Origin: Spizellomyces punctatus DAOM BR117
Lineage: Eukaryota
Strand: one strand, 5' to 3'
Assembly (NCBI GenBank): GCA_000182565.2
Contig: KQ257455.1
DNA length: 64,000 nt
Below the pieces are notes generated by a model. It was not told where the DNA came from, did no database searches, and saw only the letters and a list, made by a program, of their open reading frames with translations. A program made the position numbers and the translations under genes. This document shows positions 26,055 to 38,668 of the stretch, piece after piece (within the stretch, counting starts at the first letter, position 1; every line of letters begins with the position of its first letter).

Positions 26055-26747
26055 ATGATGCTTCGCCCACTCTGTCGTATGCGGTTCCGGCCTAACCGCC
26101 TCACACAGTACAGATTCAACACAACCGAGGCCGCCATTGTTTCGCCTCCTTCTAGTGCATTCGTGACTCCTGCGCCAGAGGTACCAAAGCGGTCGGGTGG
26201 GGGATTCTTTCGTGGGGGGTAATGTACACCTGTTTTTTGTTGCTTGCATGCGTGTGGGTATTAGCATGTATGCTCATGATTTGGAAATAGCATTATTGGA
26301 TTCCTACTGGGCATCACACTCGCGGGCGCCACATCCTACGTGTACCTCCTAGACGAATACCAACAGAGTTCAAATGCATTATTATCCAATGTAGAGGATT
26401 TGGCGAAATCGACTGCAAAGGTTTGGACTCGCTTTCGATCATGTCTTGTGGTTGTTTGGCTTATGGATTTGAATGACTGTTAGTTGCGTGATCATACCCA
26501 AAAAATCACGACACTCGAAAAGGATTTGAATGGATTCACGCAAAAAGCAGCGACAAAAGGGGATCTGCAAGCGCTGCGGAATGAACTGTTGAAATTGATT
26601 GTAAGTTTATAGTCATGTCAGTTTATTGGGCAATTGGGGTATTAATATTTTTTTTTGTTGATAAATGTGTAGGATGAAGTCAATGTCTCGCATTTGGAAT
26701 TGAAAACGCATGTATGGGAGATTGAGCAGGATGTAAAAGGGAAATAG
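26055..26747 (+). CDS. Small putative mitochondrial membrane protein of unknown function, 4 exons
   Basis: Arg-rich presequence-like N-terminus, then FFRGG|IIGFLLGITLAGATSYVYLLDEYQQS as a single TM segment and a coiled-coil tail. Canonical introns. Confidence 0.7.
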
Positions 26748-26898
26748 ATACTATGATGCACGGTGTTCCAAATGCTCATACATTGGATCCATTGAATGAT
26801 GTTTTACGGGGATAGACGAAGCGGTGGGTACTTTTCGCAGAGTCAAACCCGCCCCAAACATGCCATACACGCACTATCTCATCTACATGTGCACGATG

Positions 26899-28509
26899 TT
26901 ACCCAACAACCTTCCACCCCTCATCCCAAACAACTCTACACACAACCTCTCGACCAACTCCACACCGCTCCACAACACCATTAACCGTCAGTCCATCCAA
27001 CCGCATCGCCGGTCCCAACAAATCCTAAACCAAAAAAAAAGCATGAATAAAACACAAAAACCAAAAAAAAAAAAAGTGCAAGATCAACTTACAATCCTCG
27101 GTCCATGAACAAAAACATGCATAAACCCCGTCCCATCGGTAACAAGCATCGAAAACTCAACCCATTTACTTTCATACACTGTAAATTGACGTACATACAA
27201 GGGAAGGTGGTCCATGAGTTGGACACGCAGAGTATGTGGATGAGTCTTGACCAACTGTTGAATAGGGGTCGTCGATATTTCTTTTGGAGCATGGAGGTGT
27301 AGGTTTGTGAAGGTCCAACCACATTCAAAACATCCCCTTGCAAGGCCTTCCATTTCTTTTCCCGATCTCTCATCCGATCAATCTGGTCTCCATCATTCAC
27401 GATCGTTATATGACTCGTCCTAGTTCGCATTTTATCACCATGTGCAACGACTTGTAATTTATTATAACGGGACACGATGCGGAGGTTCCGGAGGTGGATA
27501 TATGTATCCTTTTGTAACGGTGGATCCATGGGTTCTTGGTCCCTAAACAAAAAACCATGAGCTTATAAAACGTAAAAGAAATATTGCGTGCGTACCAGAG
27601 TGTGACGAGTAATAGCATGTCGGGAGTAAGACGGGTATATGGGATCATCTCTATTGGAAAACTAGCATCTCATCAGTTTTTGAAAAACCAATAAACAAAC
27701 ACGAATACGAACGTACTGTATGTTTGGATTGGTTGTGTAATCAGTAACGACTAGTTCTAGTGGTTGACCTGGATGGTCGGGTTCATTAATATGAAGCACC
27801 TAAAAAAAAAATCATTACCAACCAAAACCCCTTAAAACGAACACAACACAAAAAAACTCAATACCTGAGCATACAAATCACAAAACGTATCAACATCCTT
27901 TAAACTCCCAACCTCCAATACAGGTCTCGTATACGGAAGCGGCATCGTTCCAGTACTACTCGACCCCCATTCTCGTAAAAAGGCTGCGATACCGTTTTCA
28001 ATGATTTGGAAGCAAAAGTCGGGGCCTTTGAGGGATAGACCTTGGAGTTTTGAGTTATACATTTGGACCTACCCAAAAAATTCATGTTATTTGTCAATCA
28101 TGTAAAATGACAAAGGGATGGATATGGTTTACCTTGATGGCGCATTCGACGACATTGCCGTATTGGACTTCTGGCAAGTTTTCTAGAGAATGAAAGATGT
28201 TGATACTCAAGCCTTCTGGGTAGGTCGGATCGGCAATATGGACATGACACATGTAATCTTAAAGTATTGTTAACGACATGTACGGAATGTGATATAATTG
28301 GGAAATGTTGGGTACCGGTTCCATTTGTTTTGCGGGGGGGTTTAAAAGCTGTGACGATACCGTAAACAATGCATGTCGTGTGAAGGGTTAGGTCGGATAA
28401 GGGGGTTGCATTCTAGTTGCAAAACGTTGCAAGTTTAGATTTTGATACCGTGATGAGTGGGCGGGGTACGTACTGTTGTAGAGAGGAGTTTACGGTAGGA
28501 AACGTCCAT
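26899..28509 (-). CDS. POT1: Telomere ssDNA-binding protein POT1 (OB folds), multi-exon
   Basis: TPLSDL...IVYGIVTAFKPPRKTNGT|DYMCHVHIADPT...INIF...ENLPEV (OB1). FCDLYAQ|V...LVVTDYTTN...LLLVTLW...YIHLRNLRI (OB2). Confidence 0.8.
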
Positions 28510-28838
28510 TTGTGTGCTGGGATGCCCAGGGAATGGCTACCCAGCCGCCCTTACAAACCTCCTATAATACCCGTAAATGAACTATGCAGGGAGCAGGGAA
28601 TGCCGTGAGGGGAGGATGAAGCGAAAGTCTAACGCAACAACGAAAAACACGTCGAGAGTCCGAATGGACTGGACATTGGGAGACGAGGATGTGTCAGCAA
28701 TAGATCCACGGATGAGATGACGTTAATAAAGAACTCGAACATTCGTAATAGTTTTCTAATTTGCATTTCAATATCCTCATTCCTCTTTTTTTGCAATTCC
28801 TTTTTCCGCATGTACCATCTGACCCCCACCACGCACAC

Positions 28839-29981
28839 ATGCCAACAGCCGATTGGACTCTCATCCTCTGCATACTAGGCGGAGGAGGGTTAGCCCTCCA
28901 AGCCGGAATGAATGGCACACTGGGTACACTTTCGCGAACAAAACTCTTTGCATCATGTTGGTCATTTGGGAGTGGGTGTTTGCCGCTTTTGATTTATTTT
29001 TTGGCGACGATGCGGGGGGTGGAGATTTCGAGGGCATATCATGGTATGATATCTCATTTTGCGGAATGACTCGAATGTTTTTTTGGATTGTGGCTAATTG
29101 TGATGAGTTTAGATGCACCTCTCTATGCACATTTCGGGGGTATCATGGGAACCATCTACGTTGTCACAATCGTCTACCTCGCACCCCGTCTCGGCGCAGC
29201 ATCCCTACTCAGTACAGCCATTGCATCCCAAATGACCACTGCATTACTATTAGACCATTTTGCGTGGTTGGGATTAGAGAGACGGGAGGCGAGTGTAGGG
29301 AGGGTAGTAGGTGTTTTATTGACCATTTTTGGTGTGGTTGTTATGATGGGGGGTCTCGAGTGGGTACGTAGGGTACTCCGATCCGATCAACGGCCAAAAA
29401 GTGATGAAGAGCATCAACAGCAGGACATGGTGATGGGAGACAGTACGAAACCCGATCCGATAGTAAATGAACCCACTACCACCACCACCACAACAACAAC
29501 CAAAACGCAACCCAAGAAGCCAGATTGGACACTCTTGTTTTCTATTCTTGCTGGTACCTCATTAGGTCTCCAAGCCGCCATGAACGCACAACTCGGGCAC
29601 TATTCCACACCCGCATACAGTGCCCTATTCTCTTTTTCCGAAGGCTTTATACTTCTTCTACTGTTGTTTTTATACGATGTGACGATGGGACCTACATCCC
29701 GTCTCGACCCACCATGGACACTCAACATTGTGACGACAGTACCCTACTGGGCCTGGCTGGGTGGATTCCTTGGCGCCGCCTACGTCCTCATCGTCACCAT
29801 CGCTACACCTCGTTTAGGCGCCGTAACAGTCCTAGGTACATCTGTATGCGCACAAGTCATTGCAGCGGTCTTGTGTGATCATTTTGGGATTGTGGGATTA
29901 CCGGTGCAGAAGGCGGGGTGGGAGAGGTGTGTGGGTGCTGTTGTTGTTGTGGGGGGTGTGGTTTTGATTACCGTTTTGTAA
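28839..29981 (+). CDS. DMT-superfamily transporter with two YdcZ/DUF606-like domains, 2 exons
   Basis: Two internal repeats: LALQAGMNGTLG / LGLQAAMNAQLG, GGIMG / GGFLG, APRLGA / TPRLGA and LLDHFAWLG / LCDHFGIVG. Intron at about 29044-29112. Confidence 0.85.
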
Positions 29982-30358
29982 AGTGTGGATGAAGGGGGTT
30001 TTTACACAAGTTTTATAAGTATTTATGGGGTTCTTTTTACATAACGCTGTTTGGTTGGGAAACATGATGTAACGACCCCCTCTGTCCCATCGTATGAACC
30101 CCCAACAGTTAGGAAACCCACATAAACTGCAAATGTAAAAAAATCCCTAAAATCGATGGGTTTTGGATGAGGGGTTTACTTGTGATTTTTGCATTCTGTG
30201 GTTGCCTACAATCTCCCTGCGCAACAAGACTATGATTGGGAAAACCCCAACAGACAGGAAACCCACAAAAACCTCCAAATGTCAAAAATCCCCAAACGTT
30301 GAATATTCCCCCACAAATCCAACAACCAACAACAAACCCTTATCAAATAACGATTCCA

Positions 30359-30875
30359 TTTAAACAATCTCACAAATCAACCCACCACCCCTCCCAACCC
30401 TACCAACCCAACCCCGTCCAAAACAATCCACAAACCGTCCAACATCAAGTCTACCTTCCTTCCAAACACCTTCCAAAAAACTCTTATCGGGAAACACATA
30501 ACGACCTTGTCCGTCATATAAACCGTTGTAAAAGTTACCGATACATGTCACGCCAGATGGGAACCGTTCATTGTACCGATCCCAAAAGGTTCAGATAACA
30601 AATACGACAAAAAGATCAATGTTTAAACAATCTCACAAACCAACCCACCACCCCTCCCAACCCTACCAACCCAACCCCGTCCAAAACAATCCACAAACCG
30701 TCCAACATCAAGTCTACCTTCCTTCCAAACACCTTCCAAAAAACTCTTATCAGGAAACACATAACGACCTTGTCCGTCATATAAACCGTTGTAAAAGTTA
30801 CCGATACATGTCACGCCAGATGGGAACCGTTCATTGTACCGATCCCAAAAGGTTCAGATAACAAATACGACAAAA
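30359..30875. repeat. Near-identical tandem duplication (period 263 bp) abutting the assembly gap
   Basis: 30359-30612 matches 30622-30875, with two substitutions noticed. Confidence 0.9.
30360..30560 (-). CDS. MORN-repeat protein (MORN2-like), 3' part only; duplicated at about 30623-30823
   Basis: FPSGVTCIGNFYNGLYDGQGRYVFPDKSFLEGVWKEGRLDVGRFVDCFGRGWVG forms MORN repeats. The 5' part was not found and probably lies in or beyond the N gap. Confidence 0.6.
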   Translation of the reverse strand, partial: PSGVTCIGNFYNGLYDGQGRYVFPDKSFLEGVWKEGRLDVGRFVDCFGRGWVGRVGRGGGLICEIV

Positions 30876-30975
30876 NNNNNNNNNNNNNNNNNNNNNNNNN
30901 NNNNNNNNNNNNNNNNNNNNNNNNNNNNNNNNNNNNNNNNNNNNNNNNNNNNNNNNNNNNNNNNNNNNNNNNNNN
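30876..30975. other. Assembly gap (100 N)
   Basis: Run of N bases. Confidence 1.
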
Positions 30976-31293
30976 TGGGCATGGTGTGTGTGTTATTGGT
31001 GTTTTTTATTTTTCTTTTTTGGATAATGTACGAGTGGTTGCGTGGAACAAGAATATCTTGTTAACGTATGAAAAACACCCTCGAAATCAAAAGATCTGCG
31101 CTTTGGATGGATGCGCATATAAAAATGGGGGATCCATCATCCCCCCCAAAAATCCGTAAACAAAAGAGACAATGCTTCCTAGGTTTTGTCACTTTCAAAA
31201 AAAAAAAAAAAAAGCCATATCCCAACAGATACACACACACACACAAAAGATATATATAATATTCTCTTGTTTTCGTGTTAGCAATCAACATTT

Positions 31294-33067
31294 TCAATCC
31301 AACATATCCCCCGTCTTGAAGTCCACATTCAATTTCCACCGATGCTCTTTCAATCCCTGCGCCGTATCAGTCAATAACACTTCTCTCCGACTCTTGACAT
31401 ACCCCATCTTATCCAAAACCTGTTGCCTCAGCTCTCTAATACTCTCTTCAACGCCCACATGACCATTGACAGCTTGTACACCATCGGCAACACCAGGGAT
31501 GGGCCGCTCCAAGAGTTCATTGAGGGATTCAACGGCCACTTCGAGGTCCCGCTGATTATCTTCAAATAAGGCAGTCATGTTGTCTCGTTTGAGGTAGTAT
31601 GCAAAACTGTAAGTCCATTTCAGTGTCATGCGGGATTCGAGGAGGACGTCGACGGCTTTGCGGAGGAATTGGACTTCGATCCAGGAGAGGGTGGAGGTGG
31701 ATTGGAGGGCTTCCATTTTTTGCGCGGTTTTTTGGAGGAGGTCGGAGGAGAGTTTGGCGGATTGTTCGTGGTTTGCGTAGCGGTTATAGTACTTTGAGAT
31801 GGGTCAGTATATGAACCATGTAAAAAACATTTTTTTTTGTTGTCATGGTGGGGTAACAAAAAACTTACATGTAGATATCGCTCCAAAGCAGCTCGACTCT
31901 TTGCTTGTGCATCCCTCGCATCCACACTCGCCTTTTCGTCGAACCGATTACAATTATACCATTGCGTCCCATGCTCTGACCAAGGTCCCAAACACACCCA
32001 ACAAAACTCGTACTTGCATTTTTTGCACGTCATGTGGTTACACCCCCCATTCTTTTCAATCGTCGAATTACATTTCGTGCACTCTTTGGTGTTGGCTGAT
32101 ATCCAATTGGCAGTCTCTGAATCATCTGCACATTTTTTGAGCCATAGACGGACGAGACGGCATATACACGGTTGGTGGTCGGGGAGAGTGCAGCCGAAAC
32201 AGAATTGGTTGCTGCATTTGCATTTGACGGTTGGACGATTTCGTCAAGGGCGGATTGGGGGACGTGCATTCGATGGCGTAGATGCAGTCGGGAGCGGGCA
32301 CATTTCAGGTGGCAGAGTCGTCAACAAATGTGCGGAGGAGTAGATTTCGGTATCTATTTATCCCATGTTAGAATAAAAAAAAAAAAAGTGAAACAGAAAC
32401 AATAAATGGTTACCACGTACTTTTCATAGACTTTTGGGGAAACGACCATTTCCACCGTCTTTTCATCCACCACCAGTCGGCAACCAGCCTCCATACATTG
32501 TATTCTTCGACTCTCACCCTGCTGAGCAATCTTTTCATTCAAATATGCTTCATAGCAATCCCGGCAGAACCGATGCCCACATGAGAGGGCCAGGGTTTCC
32601 AAGCCGTCTTCATCAGAACAGCAAATCGGGCATTCAAACTTGTCGACCACCGTGAAACGCGGTTGTTTCTTGGTATCAACGACGACACCCGCTTTTTCAG
32701 ATTCCCCCTCTGGATCCTCCATGTATCTCTCAATCAGTCGCTCCTTGTTCCATTTAAATTGTCTCAGCATCGTTGCAGCATGCTCTGGAAGGCACCCGAG
32801 AATCCCCGCTACATGTGCTATTTCCTTGTTTTGAAACTCTATAATCTCGTCTGTGGAATGGACGAGAAACTCTACTTCATAGGGTTTCTTGACGTCCTTG
32901 TCGGCAATAACGGGTGCAAACCCATCCGCAGCATCAAAATCATCCTCCTCATCTTCGTCTTCATCGTCCATCCCATCCGAGTCATAATCGGGCTCGTCGT
33001 CCACAATGTCGTCATCGTCATCTAGCATATCATCTTGGTAGTCGTCATTGACATCCATAGCGGACAT
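31294..33067 (-). CDS. Ariadne-family RBR E3 ubiquitin ligase (ARIH1/Hel1-like), 3 exons
   Basis: Acidic N-terminus, [16 protein letters not shown]1 CPICC...[16 protein letters not shown]2 [23 protein letters not shown] and Ariadne domain SWIEVQFL...[11 protein letters not shown]...FEDNQRDLE. Confidence 0.96.
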
Positions 33068-34292
33068 GCTTTTGTAGTTTGGAGAAAACAGGATCTACTC
33101 GAGTCCGGTGGTAATTAATGGCGAGAGGTAATTACTAATCTTTGCGCTAGTCCAAAACCTGCCAAGTAAAAAAAAGGGCATGTTGCGGTTAGCCACAGGT
33201 GACTACAAGACAAGCACCCAACCAACAAGCGTTGACTAATATCCTCCACAAAATTGAGTATTGCCAAACTCGTTCCCGTTTGCAGGCAGAACAAGGAATG
33301 CCATTTTATGCTCTGCAAGCACGCGTCAGCATCACCCAAAAACTGTTTGCCGCAGTTTTGGTTTTTGCACCATCCGAATAACATTACGGCAAACAAACAT
33401 CCACAAGACCGCTCAAGCGCAATGAGTTGCAAGTGTAGTTGTCTGTCCCAAAGCATTTCACCACCATTATTCGACAGACGCCCAAGATGACCAAACCCGG
33501 TTATCTACGGTCCGCATCAAGAAAAACTCACCAAAAACTACCGTCTCAGACTTTGAACCCGTACAAACTAGAAGACACCAAACGATTCGTCAATGCTTCT
33601 CTGCTACGTCCAGTTGGGACTGACAGTAAGTAAACCGAGAAGAAAATGAAAGCGATGGGTTATGCTGTAGTTTGCGGTTTTCCTTGCCAAAACGCTGCGC
33701 TAAAGGTCTACGGATTCGGGATGGAGGCGTGACTCTTTTGTGGTGACTGTGCCCAGAATTGCTCATGTGATTCAAGTCATGTGATATGCAGAGTGCCTAA
33801 ACGATGCATGCAACCCGCCCATTGGCATGCGGCCATGATGGCAGGAACGCATTCCGCATACGGGAATGACTGGGTTCTTGTAAAGAAATGAAAATCAGGG
33901 TCGCAATCCCGCGCGTGAACTAGCCGCATCAACGCATTTTGAACAGTGGGCACAGTGGAACACATTGGGGCGCCAACACTACATTCTGATTTCAATCCCC
34001 ATGTTAACCACCTTGTGTGTGGGTGTGTTTGCAACCACAGACTGTTCAATGCATGATAAAAAGCAAAATGTGTTTTGGTTGTGGCAGCATTGGCGAGAGC
34101 AATGTAAAGAGTTTGTAAACATTGGTGACTCGACGGGCGTGAGGGGATTTTGCCCTAGGTCGAGGCATAAGCAGCGCAAATGGCAGATGGAGGGGCGAAT
34201 CGAGCGCAACCTGATGTTTTTTTGGACTATAAATACCGCCAAAGAGCCCGAATACCCACACACACACACTACGCATAAAGCAGCTAGCAAAA

Positions 34293-34904
34293 ATGTACCG
34301 AATGCAAACTGGAATCCGCCTGTGCCGTCCCCATGGACTAGCGCCTAGTCCTTGGCAGGCAACGATAGCGCTCACACCATGGGTAAGAGGCTCTGCGAGT
34401 GAATGCAAAAAGAATGCCAACGACGGCAAAAGCTGCACCCACACCATCAAACGGCATGCAAGCTCTGATGAAAACCCGTTCAAAACCCTTGCATTCTGGA
34501 CACATGGATATGCATGGAAGCGAGCCTCTGTGAATACGTTTCGATGCCTCGTTGGATGCTCTGTGGGAGACCTGAGCGCCCTGTACTACCTCCAAACGCA
34601 TACCCAACTACCCATGCATGTGACGATGGGAGCGAGTATGGCGAGTGGGATATTGACATCTGTAATACTAGAAACCCTACTGTTGCAAATGACTGATGGA
34701 ATGAATGCGAGACAAGCCTACAAGACAGCAGTGGGAATGTCCCTTGTGAGTATGCTAGTGATGGAGAGTGTAGAGAATGTCGTGAGTCTGAATATAGGGA
34801 ATACGAGTATAGCGAGCGTGATTGTGAGTATGATGAGTGGATATATAGCAGCCCTCCCATACAATTACTATCAATTGCGTAAATACAACAAGGCCTGTCA
34901 TTAG
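34293..34904 (+). CDS. DUF4396-family membrane protein, single exon
   Basis: WKRASVNTFRCLVGCSVGD, TSVILET, AYKTAVGMSLVSMLVMESVEN and C-terminal LPYNYYQLRKYNKACH. Confidence 0.8.
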   Translation: MYRMQTGIRLCRPHGLAPSPWQATIALTPWVRGSASECKKNANDGKSCTHTIKRHASSDENPFKTLAFWTHGYAWKRASVNTFRCLVGCSVGDLSALYYLQTHTQLPMHVTMGASMASGILTSVILETLLLQMTDGMNARQAYKTAVGMSLVSMLVMESVENVVSLNIGNTSIASVIVSMMSGYIAALPYNYYQLRKYNKACH

Positions 34905-35335
34905 TGAGAGTAGAGAGTATGTGAATGTATGTGAACTAGAAAGAGAGAGAATCAAACCGTAAATGAATAGAGTCAAGAGAGAGAGAGAGAAAACAAATGA
35001 AATGCGTGTGTGTGAATCCCATAATTAAAAAAGAGAGAGAGAGAGAGAATATAGTCACATGAACACATTCACACGTGTACACACACACACACACAAGAGA
35101 GAGAGAGAGAGAGAGAATAGCTGTTTGAAATGGGAGATTCACACACACACACACATACACTATTCATCTCTCTCTCACTCTCACTCTCACACACACTCTC
35201 ACACACACACACACACACTATTCATCTCTCTAATCTCTCTCTAATTTCTAAAATGGGAATTGAATGGATCATTCATGGGTATATGTGTCTATATTCAATT
35301 ACTTTTTCTTTCTCTCTCTCTCTCTCTCTCTCTCG
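34905..35335. repeat. Compound microsatellite island: (GA)n, (GT)n, (CA)n, (CT)n
   Basis: Dinucleotide runs are directly visible, along with an internal duplication of cacactattcatctctct. Confidence 0.95.
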
Positions 35336-36089
35336 GCATGGGCTCAATTTCATTAACGGCATGGGCTTTATTTCGTGTCTCTCTTCTGTCTCTCCCCTGG
35401 GCCACACACATCGGATCATTATCGGACATTAGTCGGACGTTTCTAACGACTACTACTTTCATCGGACGTTTTGTCAGAAATTGGTAGGCATTGTGTCACG
35501 CTTACCACCTTCTTACACTCTCTTGTCACACATTTAACACACGTGAACACAACTGCCGAGATTACCATTCTCTCGGATTCACTCCATCACATTGGCAAAT
35601 GTTCTCGCAACGGTTGCGCGCGCATTGCATTTCACACTAGGCATCATTGCACTTGTTTGCTCACCGGTGATGTTGACAACACTCTATATGCAATGCCATG
35701 GTCTTTACAGTCAGCATCGTTTGAGAGCAACTCTCAAGTTACCAGAATCCCGTTACCATGCCCATGGCATACGGTCATGACAGTACCTTGCACCACCATC
35801 GCCAAAACAATTTTCCATCTCGCCCACGGCATGGCGCTGGGAGACGCGCAAATTTTGTTTGTTTTGAACCGTTCGGAGCAACCCCTTTTCCCTGTTTTCC
35901 ACGGAGATACACATGAATGATTAGTCATCGGGTGTATCCAATGAAATCCAGTACCATGGTACAGGATGGCGTCCATGTCAACTGTCTTTTGCTTTCCCCT
36001 CCGTTCCCCACGGGCCTTTTTTTTCTACTCGTCGTCGTCGTCGTCGTTTTCGTTTTCGTTTTTTTTTATTTGCTGCAGGTCTTCCCTCC

Positions 36090-38299
36090 ATGTCAAAGGC
36101 AGGAGGGAGCAGGGACGCCTATGCAAAAGAAAAGGAGAGCAGCAGGACACAGGAGGACTCCCTGCAACAGCAGCAGCAACAGCAACAGCAGCGTCCACTC
36201 TGTCCTCTATCATCATCATTTGTTCCTTCTGCTCCTCCACCGGACCATCCTCTGACAATGACTCCCGTCTCTTGCTCTCCCTCTCCCCGTCCACCACCAT
36301 TACACCCGTCCGCACCACTCCCACCTGCAACACAGGCACCAGCAGCAGCAGCAATACCAGCAGCAGGAGCAACACCAGTAGCAGGAGCAACACCAGTAGC
36401 AGCGCGATCGTTTGTCGCGCATGCATCATCATCATCATTATCACCATCACCATCATCAGCAAAAGCACCAGCAGCAGCACCAGCAGCACCCTCCACTCTA
36501 TCGCATCCGTCCTCACTAGGTGGTGATACCAAAAATTTGTCCCTGTTCCGGCGGGACAAGGGCCCCCATGCCTTTCGACGTCTCTCGTATGCTTCCTCGT
36601 CTTCGTCTCCCTCCTCGTCGTCATCGCCCGCTTCGTCGGCATGGTCAGGCTCCTCTGCATCTCATTCCTTTGCTCCCCACGTGCAACAGCAACAGCCACA
36701 TGCAAGACAGGTACTTATGTTTTCGACCATGGTATACAGCCCATTTTGACTCTTTTCTTTTAGCCTCACGTCTATAAGCAACCCTTGTCACATCCCCGCC
36801 GCCATCCACTTTTTCCATCCCCAAGCGGCATGATCCGAGGTGAACAAATCCCTCCCATCAATGTGGATCCTGCATCCGTACGGGCATTCCCTCGGAGCGA
36901 CGACTCGGACGCGGCACGCGCCGGAACACCATCATCCACGTCGTCGGGATCCTCGTCATCATCATCCCGATCACAGATGGTAGCAACGGACGACGAGGAC
37001 AAGATGGTGCATACGAGACCGGTTCTGACACGGATGGATGACGAGAGGACGGATGCGGGAATGGTGCCGAGGTTGCCGAGTACGGTACAAGCGAGTGGGA
37101 ATGGTATTCGGTGGGTTGACATTTAGCCATAACGTGCAGCACTAGGAGGAGGATCTCTAGGGCTCATGTGTGTGTGCTTTATATATACGCAATGTTTCTT
37201 ATCTCTATGTTTTTTTTGTTTTAGATATCAACTCGTCGTCATTCAGCAACCGGAACGCGCTAGGGTAAAGAAAAATATAGCAACAAACTCCTGGTCTCCT
37301 TTTTTTTTAATTTCTCTTATTAATACAATACCAAATTCCAACACTTTTAGATGTGCGGTTTTGGAGGACGCGATCGACGAGTAGGTACGTAAAATTGTTT
37401 TCCTTTCAAGAAAAACATGGAATGCAACAGCGAATGTTGATCATGTATATTTCTCCACCATTTGTTAGTTGACCCTCCACCAAGTACGTTCTTTAACGCA
37501 CGCACACCCGCATGTACACAAATGCATAACTCGTACTTTAGTTGTCCAGCTCATTGCCCGCAATCCAGAGTCCCAAACCCCGCTTCCAAGCACAACCGAG
37601 CACCCCCTTCTCATTTGCCATGCCACGCTCTACACAGCTACCGGCCAACCCGCCATGGTCCTCCCCAAAAACCCCGCCTTTCCCCATGGCACGCCCAACC
37701 ACACGTATCTCAACACGTTGACAGGGAGTCTGGTGTCTTCTGCGTTTTCGTTAATGGGCCTGGATGGAACGCAGGGGGTTTTTTTCGTGTTTGGGGATTT
37801 GAGTGTGAGGGTTGAGGGACACTATCGGTTGGGGTTTAAGCTCTGTAGTGTTGCGAGGTAAATGTTTATTGTTGGCGCGTGTGCCTCTCCTTTTTTGTCT
37901 GTGCTGTGAGCCTGTGACAACTCATGCATGCATCGTGCCTCTAGTACAACGACAATGACACAACCTGTCATTTCAACCGACACAACAACCGTGGCTGCCG
38001 AAATCCTTTCCGAGCCTTTTACCGTCTACACGGCCAAAGAATTTCCCGGCATGATAGGTAAAAACCCATTTATTGGCTCGTCAACATTTTGCAACACAAA
38101 AATACTAAAAAGAAATCTAGAATCGACGGCCCTGACGAGATCCTTTGCAAATCAAGGTATCCGCCTTCCAGTCCGTGGCAAGAAGCGACGGGGTATGCGG
38201 GCACCCAAAGCGTTTGTGCCAAGTGGGGAAGAGGATGGGGAGCGAGCGGAAGAAGAGGGGGCAGAGGAGACGGAAACCGAAGGGGAAAAAGAGTCGTGA
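36090..38299 (+). CDS. Velvet-domain transcription factor with low-complexity poly-Q/Ser/Ala N-terminus, multi-exon
   Basis: YQLVVIQQPERAR|MCGFGGRDRRV|VDPPP|IVQL, LTGSLVSSAFSL...GVFFVFGDLSVRVEGHYRLGFKL and SEPFTVYTAKEFPGMI|ESTALTRSFANQGIRLPVR. The start may lie upstream, near 35934. Confidence 0.92.
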
Positions 38300-38668
38300 A
38301 AGTTTTTTTTTTTTTTTATTATTAGAGAAGAATACTTTAGATCTTTATTATAAACAGACTTTTGAACGAGAACGTGTATGAGACGGTGATGATGATGATG
38401 ATGATGATGGAATGAATTGAATGATTGAGAAGAGTTTGGGATGTTTGTTTATTAGCTGGTTTTTGCTAAAGAATCATGTAGATCATGATTTGTACTGTAA
38501 TAATGGATCTGACCCTGTAGGAGGACGGGGTGCATTTCTGGGATGCTCACGGATCGGACACTCATCATTTTAATGTGGTTGGAATGGGATTATCGGAGCT
38601 ACCCAGATTTTTGCCAGACCAGATGTGTTTAACAACAACTCCACACTACTTTGTGAGATTGGAATCTC

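Noticed and set aside
30359-30875. 263-bp tandem duplication as a real exon duplication or repeat array
   Set aside because: The copies are nearly identical and end exactly at the N gap, so a contig-end or haplotype assembly artefact is more likely. Only two units, so not CRISPR-like.
35966-36705. Long alternative-frame and antisense ORFs over the velvet N-terminus
   Set aside because: These are shadow ORFs caused by CAG/CAT trinucleotide low complexity.
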